Of a DNA stretch of 64,000 bases, positions 16,834 through 26,800 are shown one piece after another. The position numbers and the translations under genes were made by a program. Each line of letters opens with the position of its first letter. Within the stretch, counting starts at the first letter, position 1. Location: positions 57,790-121,789 of the forward strand of contig JANPOY010000234.1 of the NCBI GenBank assembly GCA_031428215.1, written 5' to 3'. The notes under the pieces were generated by a model that was given only the letters and a program-made list of their open reading frames with translations, had not been told where the DNA came from and did not search any database. Source of the stretch: Paracoccaceae bacterium (GTDB lineage Bacteria; Pseudomonadota; Alphaproteobacteria; Rhodobacterales; Rhodobacteraceae).

Positions 16834-18990
16834 TCAGATGTCGAACTGGCTGAGGAAAATCTGCCGGAAGACACGGTAGATCTGTGCTGCCGCCGGTTCG
16901 CGGCCATGATCAAACCGGACATAGACGCGCTCGCCCAGACTACGAAATGTCGTACCCGGCGCCAGCCGAATGTCTAAATGCAGAAGATTGGACAGGGTGC
17001 GCCGTTCGCCTGCTGCATCTGTGGCACTCGGGTCCAGCGCGATACGTCCGCCGCCTTCGGTAGCCAGTGCCATTGAGGGCAAACTGGCCGACATTGCCGG
17101 CACTTCACGTTCGATCCGGGCAGGCAATATCCGGTCAGGGTCGGACGCGAATCGAAGCTGAACCTTCAGGGTTTCGCTGCGCACAAGATCGCTGCGATCT
17201 TCGGCAACGATCACCCGGATCAGCGGATCCTGAAAGTCGGTGACATAGCCCACGACATCGCCCTTTTGCAAAAATCGTCCGATGATCCCTTGACCGAGTG
17301 GCAGCACCAGAACACCCGCCGTCGCTGTGCGCACGGTGAGACTCTCACTGCGTTTGAGCGTCAGTGCGCGGTCAGCCTCGGCAGCGCGCAGCTCTTCTTG
17401 CAGCGCGCGCGCGGCTGATCTGTCGACAAAATCCTGCGCAGCTAGGCGTCTTTGCAACTCGTCGATGTAGTCTTCCAGCAGCTTCACCCGCGCCGCGATC
17501 AGCGGATTGTCGAGCGTGACCAGCGCAGCCCCCGGGCCGACATGGCCTCCGGGCAAGGCGGAAAGGGCGATCACAATGCCTTCGGCCTCGCTGTGCACCA
17601 CCCTGTCACCCGAAACCCAGACCACACCTTCGGCCACGGTCGCATGTGGCAGCGGTATGGCGAACAGCAGCCCCGCAAGGGCTGCGATGACCCCGCCGGT
17701 CATGGCAAAAGCCCGTCCCCGATGATGGCGCAACGCAGGGCTGGTCAACAAAAACCAGCTTTGCTTCATCAATGGCCAGACAAACATCAGAGTCACCGAC
17801 CAGATCGCCATCAGGACGCCGAAAAAGAAGAACTTGGTGCTGATCAGCAGCACGATCGCGAAGGTGATGAACAGGCGATAAATGAAGGCTGCGATGGCAT
17901 AAAACGTGAACCAAACCGCCTCTCCGGGGGCCGTTGCCGGACTTTCGACCTCCTCCATGCCAAAGGCATAGCGCTTGATAAGATAGCCGATATGGGTTTT
18001 TGACCGATTGGTGAGGTTTGGAATCTCAATCAGGTCGGACAAGACATAATAACCGTCGAATTTCAAAAGTGGATTTCCGTTGAACAAGAATGTGGAAACC
18101 CCGCCGATCAGCATGACGTTGAAGGCAAAGGCCCGCACCAATCCATCCTCGGCATTGAGCCAGACGATCATGGCGACGGCTGCAAGGAAGGCCTCGACGA
18201 TGATACCGGCCGCGCCAACAAGGGCGCGTTGCCATTTCGACTGAAACCGCATCGAGTCCGATGCATCGACGTAGGGAACAGGCATGAAAACAAGGAACAT
18301 CACCCCGATTTCATGCACGTCGCCGCCCCAATGCTTGACCACATAGGCATGACCCAACTCATGCACGGCCTTGACGCCGACATAGCACAGCATCAGCAAG
18401 CCAAGGTTCTCGGCGGTCAGCACCCGGTCCATCACATTTTTGGTCAGTTCTTCCCAATGCGCCAACGCAAGAAAGCCGCCATAGCCAACCACCGCCAGCC
18501 AGATCAACGCTCCGAACCACGAGATGAAGGGGCGGACCAATGGCATGGTGGCCGAAATGAAATCATCCGGGTCGAGGATTGGCATCCGAACCGCAAGCGG
18601 GTTCATGAAACTCATCAGCATCATTTTGTTGCGCTGATGCGCGCCGCGGTCAGAAAGTTCCTCGATATCGGGCGGGATGTCACCCAGCAGAACGTCCGCT
18701 GTGTGCAATTGGCCCAGCAGGCGGATCACCTCATCCTGGGTCAATGTCTCGTCGTCAAGTTGCTCACAAGTGGTGTCCCAGACCTGTTGAACGGTCCGGC
18801 TTCCATCCAGCATCGAGATCACCCGATAACTTGACGGCGAAAACCGATGGAACCTGCCAGAGGTCCGATCTTGCAGCACATACCAAAGCTGGCCGCGATA
18901 ACGCGTTCGGTGCAGCGTTGCGTGCCGCCGCAGTCGAGGCCGAAGCCCGGCGACGCGATACCAGTTTTGAGACAGGAATGCTTTTGCCAT
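16834..18990 (-). CDS. Fusion of an N-terminal PqqD/RRE-like domain, an M50 site-2 zinc protease and an HlyD-like adaptor
   Basis: S2P motifs HELGH and NGNPLLKFDGYY within a multi-TM core. The N-terminus (WYVLQD...LDGSRTVQQV...EVIRLLGQL) has an RRE-like pattern. The C-terminus has lipoyl/coiled-coil MFP features. Confidence 0.85.
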   Translation of the reverse strand: MAKAFLSQNWYRVAGLRPRLRRHATLHRTRYRGQLWYVLQDRTSGRFHRFSPSSYRVISMLDGSRTVQQVWDTTCEQLDDETLTQDEVIRLLGQLHTADVLLGDIPPDIEELSDRGAHQRNKMMLMSFMNPLAVRMPILDPDDFISATMPLVRPFISWFGALIWLAVVGYGGFLALAHWEELTKNVMDRVLTAENLGLLMLCYVGVKAVHELGHAYVVKHWGGDVHEIGVMFLVFMPVPYVDASDSMRFQSKWQRALVGAAGIIVEAFLAAVAMIVWLNAEDGLVRAFAFNVMLIGGVSTFLFNGNPLLKFDGYYVLSDLIEIPNLTNRSKTHIGYLIKRYAFGMEEVESPATAPGEAVWFTFYAIAAFIYRLFITFAIVLLISTKFFFFGVLMAIWSVTLMFVWPLMKQSWFLLTSPALRHHRGRAFAMTGGVIAALAGLLFAIPLPHATVAEGVVWVSGDRVVHSEAEGIVIALSALPGGHVGPGAALVTLDNPLIAARVKLLEDYIDELQRRLAAQDFVDRSAARALQEELRAAEADRALTLKRSESLTVRTATAGVLVLPLGQGIIGRFLQKGDVVGYVTDFQDPLIRVIVAEDRSDLVRSETLKVQLRFASDPDRILPARIEREVPAMSASLPSMALATEGGGRIALDPSATDAAGERRTLSNLLHLDIRLAPGTTFRSLGERVYVRFDHGREPAAAQIYRVFRQIFLSQFDI

Positions 18991-18993
18991 GAC

Positions 18994-20859
18994 TCAAGGC
19001 ATCCAGCGCCAGAATGTCAGTTTGGCCCAATTCACGAATGGCCGGGTCCAGATGGTAAACAACAGCCGCTCGTCAATGTCTGTGCGCGCTATCCCCTCCA
19101 TGGAGGGTCTGAGCCGCGGGTCATTTTCGGTCAGCGCCGCATCAACCCGGAAGAAATTGCGTCCTTCGCGCTGATCCGAAATCGGCGTGATCCGGTCGAT
19201 GGTATATCCAAGCGGCAGGTCCGGAAGCGAGGCGACGCGCAGTTGCCCGGTTTGGCCCGGCACGATTTCGGCAAGGTCGCGTTCATCCACTTCCAGGACC
19301 ACACGCCACTCTCCCAAGGGCGCAATCTTGAACAACTCTTGCCCGCGTTCGACCGTCGCGCCAATCTTCTGGCTTAGGTCACCCGAAACCACAACACCGT
19401 CAAAGGGCGCGCGAATCTCTGTCCGGGCGATCTGCTCGGCCACAAGGGCGATCTGGCTGTCGATTTGTCGGATCTGACTTTCGATGATATTGGCTTCTGC
19501 CCGCTCACGGGTGGCCAGCGCCTGAGCGTATTCCGCCTGACGCTGACCGCGTGATGTGACAAGGCGCAGATGTTCCAGCGCCAGATCCTGATCGTCCAGC
19601 CGCGCCATTACCTCGCCCTGTTTGACAATGGCACCGGCCTGCACCTGTTCGTCGGCGATATAACCGTTGAACGGTGCGACGATCGTGCGCTGTACCACGC
19701 CCTGAAGTTCCGCTGGTGCCGTCACGGTGAAGGTGGTGGTGGCAGTTGCAAAATACCAGGCAAGCCCCGCAAAGACCACCGTGGCAAGCTTGCGGCCGAA
19801 ATGGCTGGGGCCAAGCAGGCGTTTCAGCTGATTGCCGATGACTTCGAAAACCTTGACAATCAGAACCCGGTCGTTGCGCCGCTTTTCCTCGATCACCGGG
19901 CCGACCACGGTGGCGATCACATCGACAAGTTTGACCGCATCATCGTCGAACCCGACTTTGCCCGCTTTTTCCAGCGTCAGCGCGCCGATGATCCGGCCCT
20001 CGTACTGGATCGGCACGGTCAGGACGCTGACGGTCTTGTGGGCGCGGACAAGGTCTTCATGCGCCAGCGTCACGCGATACTCCCAGCCCGGCGCCATGGG
20101 GTAAAGAATGACCGCCGCTTGGTCCACTGCCTCGTTCATCGCCGCGCGGATATCGCGGATGAGGCTTACCCGTTTGCCAAAGCCCGCGACATGGCTGACC
20201 GCGACCACTTTGATGTTGCCGTTGCGGGTCACGCCAAGGCTCACCGGGTCGCAGTCAAGCGACCGCGCAAGCTCGGTGACCAGCGCGTTGGCCGATGCGT
20301 GAAAGCGTTTTTGCTCCAGCACCGTGGCCAGCATCCCCAGGGCGGTGGCGGTGCGCTGTTGCAGCTTTTCAAAGGACCGGCCCTGATCGCGGCGCAAAAG
20401 CACCTCGATCCAGCCCGCACCCCAGCGCAGGTGACGCAGGACCTCGCCCGCAGCCATCGCATCACCTTCGATGGTGACCGCAACCGCACCATAAAGCTGT
20501 CCGTCCATCACAAAGGGCAAGGCTATTTCGTGACGGGCATCCGTTTTTGCAAGGATGGGTTGACGCTTGCCAAGTGCCCGCTCGGTCGCCGCCATCAAGC
20601 CAGGGCTGATCGCCGATTCCTCGGGCCAGCGGGCCACAGGCAGGAAAGGCCCGGTGTCGGGGTCACCGAGCACCGTTACGGCGGAGGTGGCGCCGGTCAA
20701 GTTGCGGGCCAGCAGCGCAAGCCAGGTTTCGGCATAGTCATCAATCGAGGCGGCTTCCGAAAACCGGTTCCAAAGCGCCTGATCGAAAATCGCATAACTG
20801 ACCTGACCGCTCGCGCTTTCGCGTCGGGTCGGGGGATCAAGGGGATTGTCCGTCGTCAT
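18994..20859 (-). CDS. GAF-domain plus HlyD-family periplasmic adaptor
   Basis: GAF-like segments IALPFVMDGQLYGAV and LTVPIQYEGRIIGALTLE, a single TM helix, then MFP motifs IVAPFNGYI and IRAPFDGVVVSGDL. Confidence 0.85.
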   Translation of the reverse strand: MTTDNPLDPPTRRESASGQVSYAIFDQALWNRFSEAASIDDYAETWLALLARNLTGATSAVTVLGDPDTGPFLPVARWPEESAISPGLMAATERALGKRQPILAKTDARHEIALPFVMDGQLYGAVAVTIEGDAMAAGEVLRHLRWGAGWIEVLLRRDQGRSFEKLQQRTATALGMLATVLEQKRFHASANALVTELARSLDCDPVSLGVTRNGNIKVVAVSHVAGFGKRVSLIRDIRAAMNEAVDQAAVILYPMAPGWEYRVTLAHEDLVRAHKTVSVLTVPIQYEGRIIGALTLEKAGKVGFDDDAVKLVDVIATVVGPVIEEKRRNDRVLIVKVFEVIGNQLKRLLGPSHFGRKLATVVFAGLAWYFATATTTFTVTAPAELQGVVQRTIVAPFNGYIADEQVQAGAIVKQGEVMARLDDQDLALEHLRLVTSRGQRQAEYAQALATRERAEANIIESQIRQIDSQIALVAEQIARTEIRAPFDGVVVSGDLSQKIGATVERGQELFKIAPLGEWRVVLEVDERDLAEIVPGQTGQLRVASLPDLPLGYTIDRITPISDQREGRNFFRVDAALTENDPRLRPSMEGIARTDIDERLLFTIWTRPFVNWAKLTFWRWMP

Positions 20860-20889
20860 ACTTTGGTCAATCCCCTCAATCCCTTGTCC

Positions 20890-23800
20890 TTACTTTTGAA
20901 AAAGGCTGGTCAGGCGGTCGAGCAGACCGCTGCGGGCCTTCCATGTCACCGCCGACTCCGCGGAATCATCCTTTTTCGGTGCCTCGGACTGGCTGTTCTC
21001 GGTCCGCTTTGCCATGCCGGTGTCATCGGCCAGGTCGGCCACGGCACCGGGTTCGCTCTGCAACCGGGCAGTGCTGGCTATGGCAGCCCCCCGCGTCGGG
21101 CCAACTGTGGTCTGGTTGTCCTTCCAGACCCAGGCCACCAGACTGTCAGCAGGCAGGACGGCTTCTTCGGGGCGGTTGTCTTCGCCGCCGCGCTTGTCCA
21201 CGCCCAAGACCCGGACCACGCTGTTGACCAAACCGGGCTGATCGTCACGGGTCCGGGCGGCAGCAACCACGACGTCGCCCTCGCTCAGATCCAGCCCCAG
21301 TTTGCGCGCCGAAGTCATGTGGCGCAGGCCCTCATCGGTGACAAAGCGGCCAAGCGTATTGTCGTAGATCAGCACGCCCCGCTGACCCGTATCTGCGGTG
21401 GCTTCATCGCCTGCGAAGATCGAAAGCCGCAGGCCCGGCGCCATGGTGCTGTCCATCAGATCGCCTTCCTCGGCATACGCGAGGTGGGTCGATCCCAGCA
21501 TGTGATCAAGCTCGTGGGTCAACACGCTCAACAGATCGATCCGACCAGCCGAGGCAGCGCCCGGAAGCGCCCGCAGCAATCCGTTCACGTCCGCCAGATA
21601 TTCGGCGTCAGAGAGCGGTGTCAGATCCACGAACCAGCCATGGCCCGCGGCGTCGGCATCAAGAACAATACGAGCGCCTTGCGTCCGGCCCAACAGAGTG
21701 CCGGCCAGATCGGCGATGGTCACTTCGACCGCCCTCAACAGGGCCTCTTGCTCTGCCGTCAGGTTCAGACGCGCCACCATGATCCCGATGGCCGCATCCT
21801 TCATCAGCGCCACTTCGGTCGGGGTCAGCAGGGTCACGTCACCTGCCCCCAATGCGGTTGCCCGCAAACCTTGCGACACTTCGAACACCTGATCGTTGGT
21901 GCGGACCGCTGCCTCCTGGAAATCGGCCCCGTTGAAACTGATCAGACCCATGCCGCCATCGACCAGGACCGAGTTGAAGCCATGGCTGCCGATGTTGGAA
22001 CCATTGACAGTGATCTGTATCGACGCACCCGAAGTCTTGAGTTTCAGATGCTGTGACAGTGCCGGATCGAGAGCCATCGCAAAGCTGCGGTCGATAACCA
22101 CGCCCGCGCCATCCACATGTCCGACCACCACCTTGTCATTCTGGGCGTCAACCAGGACGAACTTGTAGCGGGTGTCGTCGTAGTAGTCGAAGACGATACC
22201 CCCCACATCCCCGCTGGCGAGCCTGGTCTCGACCTCGATGATCGCGCTGGCCGAGATCGGGGCACCAAGGTCGATCAGGCTGATCGCCACATCCGCGCCG
22301 TTCAGGGCCGACTCGTACTCGCCCTGATTGACGTTCAGTGCCCATGCACCGGTTTCAACCGCGAAGTCGATCGTCCGGGTCGAGCCGACAAAATCGTCAG
22401 CTTGCTCCAGCGTCCAGTCGGGCGGCAGAACCTGCACAGTGAAGTTGTCAACCTTCGCCACACCCCCATCGACGGCAAAGCCCACAAAGCCCTTGTTCAG
22501 TGGGATCGGCAGACCTTCCTCGTCATACTTCGGCGCATAGTTGTAGGTGAACCAGTTCACACCGGCGACCTGCAGCGTCACGTTGTTGCCATTCACTGCC
22601 ACCAGCACGTCGTACATCGCGTTCGGCTTCAGCAGAACCGGCTTGTTCGACTGGATCAGCTGGTGATACCCGGTCGCGTCGCGATAACCCATCTCGATCT
22701 TGTTGGTCGAAACGTTGATGCCTGCATATTTGAAATCAATGTCCGACATGTAGTCGAAGATGATGTAGGCGTTGGACTTAGCACCGCCGACCGGCTTGGC
22801 CGCCAGGATCTGCGCCCGGATTTCGTAGTAGATCGGCAGGTATTGATCCATGTTGTAGACCGCCGACCCCTGCGTCGTGTTGCTTGTGGCAGCCAGGGTC
22901 ATTGCACCGCCCTGCACCGTCAGGTTGCCGGTGTCGCGGACGAAGATGTCTTGCGAGTTGTTGTTGAAGTCCGAGGTGCGCAACACGTCGCGGCGCCCAC
23001 CGGGGATGTTGCCAGCCTGCGGATCGGTCGGACCGCCGGTCTGATCCTGCCAGTAGCCGTGATCCTTCTGCGTCACCAGACCGATCTCGCCCCGGATGCC
23101 ACCCTGCAACAAAGCCACGTTGGAGTAGCGGTTGTTGTGGTTCGGCTGGTTGCCGTCCTCGGTGCGGGTGATGTCTGCCCCGTCGCCGAACGCCTGAGCG
23201 TAGAGGAAGTCGAACAAGTGCGGCGGCACCTGACGACTGACCGTGGCGATACCGAACGGCGCAAAGGGCACGATGTAGGAATTGAACTCGCCCACCCAGT
23301 CGATCAGACGATCGCCTTTGGTATTGCCGATCAGGATGTCAAGCCCAGCGCCGCCGAACGCCCGGTCTTCATAGAGCCAATGCGTATCGGTGCCGTTGTT
23401 CAAGGCCTTGTGGCTGTCGTAGATAGACACATCGGCCAGCTTGACCGGCACGGTCACAGTTTGGCCCTGTGCGTTGATCAGTCTGCCTTCGGCGTCGCGA
23501 AGATAGACCGCGGGCCCGCCCATCACATCATCAGCGTTCATCAGGTCGTTGCCGAAACCGCCATACATCCGGTCACGCCCGGTGCCGCCGACCATCCAGT
23601 CATTGCCAAGATCACCAAAGATCATGTCATCGCCATCCGACTGGCGGTATTGCGCGGGCACGCTGGTGTCCGGCGTCTGGCCGTCCGGCTTGAAGGCCAC
23701 ATAGCCCAGACGCGTGATGCCTTCATTGTCGTGGAAGTTCAGGAAATAGTGCAGCAAAGTCGCATCGGTGGGCAACACAACCGTCGACCCTAGATCACCC

Positions 23801-26800
23801 CATATCTGGCCATGATAGCCAAGCACCGCGTTGTGATCCTCAGACCGCTCGAACAGGATCGTACGGCGGGGGTCGTATTCGTCATAAAGGAAGAACTCTC
23901 CCAGACGCATCTGTACCGGCTTTGGATCATTCCACGGGTCGCTGTCGTCGCCGAATTTCAGGATGTCCGACGGGTTGTAGGGGCTGTTGAAATCCGATTT
24001 CCAAAGCCCGACAATGCCGATCACCGGATCGCCGTTTTCATCGACCATCAACTGGCCCGCGGCATCGCGCAATTGGCCAAAGCGCGGCGCATAGCTGTCT
24101 TCCAGTGCCTCGGCCCCCGAAATGGCGTCATCACCGTCACCGCCATGCATCCAGTCGACCCCAAGTCCGCCGAAGATCACGTCGTCGGCGTATTTCGGGT
24201 TTGCGCCCAACGGATCGTCAAGTACCCAGGTTTCATTCAAAGCGAACGGCGTAAGGTCGACCGATTTCTTCAAATCCCCTGCGACGTTGATCAGTTCGAC
24301 CTGAACATTGCCCGGTGTATGGATCAACTCGCTGAGGACATTGCCCTGACTGGTGCGGGCGTCCGGATCGCGGTTGAGCAGGAAATCAACGCCGAACAGC
24401 GTCTCATTCGTGCCAAACTCGCTGCGGCGTTCAGAGCTGGTGTTGCGGCTGGTGAAGATCCGGCCGTCATCGCCCAGGATACCATCCAGCCCGGTGCCGC
24501 CCGAAATCCAGTCGTGGCCCCATCCGCCGATGATGTCGTCGTCGTCGGCATCCCCGAAAGCTATGTCGAAGCCGCCGCCAAGGTAGATGAAGTCGTCACC
24601 CGTCTCGCCATGCACCTCGTCATGACCGCCAATATCCGTCGACCAGAAGCCTTCGGTGGGATCACAAGTCTCGGACCACATCAGGTGGCCTTGTCCTTGC
24701 TGGAAATTCTGTGGCGCGAAATCCGGTCCGCCTGCTGTGTAGTCGATCAGGCGGATGCCGCGCACCACAATCTTTTCGCCGCCGTAGTTGTCATAGTTGA
24801 ACTGGACATAAAGCGCCCCGTTGGCCGGATTGCCGGTCGGGTTCACGTCGGTGCCGTTGACGCCCACGATACGAATGATGTCGCCGTTGTCACCAACGAT
24901 GGCATCACTGTCGCGGCCATGCTTGTTCGCATAAGTCACGCCAAGCGCAGTTGGCCGATCTTCGCCATAACCAGTGGCCGCGTTGTTGTCGCTGTCCGCA
25001 GTCGGATTGAAGCCGTTGTTGCGGCTGATTTGCGTGCCAGCGCCGCCAAACAGCCAGTCATCGCTGTCAGGACGGTTTCCGGACGTCACCAGACTGAAGA
25101 ACTCGGACGAGCCGCCGACGATGTCATCCTGGCCAAGTCCGCCAAAGATCACATCCCGTCCACCGCCGCCTTCGATGTAATCCTGACCGTCGGTCAGCGC
25201 TTCAAAGCTGGCCACCACAACCAGCGGTCCGACCGGATCGTCGATGCCAAAGCCATCGACATTCGGCACCCGGGCCGCGCCGACATGCGAGAGGTTGGCA
25301 ACCGCAGCATCGATCGAGCCGTCACCCTGTATCCAGTCATGGCCAAGCTGACCGAAGATCTGGTCATTGCCTGCGCCCCCGGCAATGTAGTCATTGCCGA
25401 AGGTTCCGACCCCGACTGCGCCATCGTTGATGGCGAAGGTATGGAACTGGGCGTAGTCGATCTTGTACTCGGTCCACCAGTCTGGCCCCGTCGGATCGCG
25501 GTAGATCTGCGCGATGCCATTGGTCAGCAGACGGCCCGAGTTGTACTCGCCCAGCGATTCTGTTCCGGTCAGCGTATAAGGGAACTCTGGCGTGCGGGCA
25601 GCAGTAGTGCCGTCACCCATCAGCGCCGGCAGGTCGCGGTCGGTGCGGGAATACAGCAGCACTCCGGCCAGCGCCTGGAAGCGCAGGCTGGTCATGTTGC
25701 CTTGTCCAACCGGCACGCCCAGGATGGTGTTGGTCGGGTCCACACGCCGTGTCAGCGCGACATGATCGCCAAAGATAAGATCGTCGCCGCCGCGGCCGTC
25801 GATCATGTCATGGCCCGCACCACCGATCAGCATATCGGCGATGGCCGAGCCGAAGATGATGTCATCCGCGCCGTTCTGGAACTCTTTCGTGTTGATTTCG
25901 AGGACCAGCGCCAGATCTGTGGACTGAATCCGCTGCAACAACATCGGCGGCAGGTTCGGATCGTCAACCCACATCACAACTTCACCGTGATCGCCGAAGA
26001 TGATGTTCGGTGTGGTTTCAGCATCGCCCGCAAGGCTGTCGTCGCCGTAGATCACATCGCGACCCGCGACCATGTCGTCGCGCATCGGCGCGGCCACTTT
26101 CACCGGTTTGAAGGTCTGGTCCGACGCCCCAATGAAGGGATCAACCGTCGGTGCCGGGCTGTTGTCCACCGTGGCGATGTTCAGCGCACGGGTTAGGATG
26201 TTCACGTTGATGCCGCTGTCGCCATAGATGTGGTCGGTGCCGTTGTGACCAAGGATGGTGTCGTCACCCGAGCCACCGGCCAGATGATCGCCCGCCTGGC
26301 TGCCGATGATCAGGTCGTTGCCCGCACCGCCATAAGCCGTCAGACCGACCGACTGCACCGGGCGCAGCGTGAACAGGGCGCTGGCGTCGATGATGTCATG
26401 GCCCGCGAAGTCGTAGGGATTGGCCAGCGGGAAGACCCACTCGTCATCCTCGTTCTGCTCATCGGGCAGATGCGGGAACATGTTGAACGGCTTTGGCCCG
26501 AACTCCAGCCCCAGCCGATCATAGGCACGGCCGCTGTACCACACCCCATCCTGGCTGGTGTCACCGTAAACCACCAACGGGCTTTCCGACCCTGCCAGCA
26601 CGGCGTTGTTGATCTTCACCTGTTCGGCGGCGCTGATGCCGTCGGCGATGATCACTCCCAGCGCGCCCAGGTCCAGCCCGATGACAAAGTGATCGCCGCC
26701 GATCTGGGCCCCGGCATCCTTTGACAGGTCGATCCGGTAGACGGTGATTTCGCTGCCTTCCTCGATCACGCATTCATGGATCGCGGCACCAGCCAGTTTG

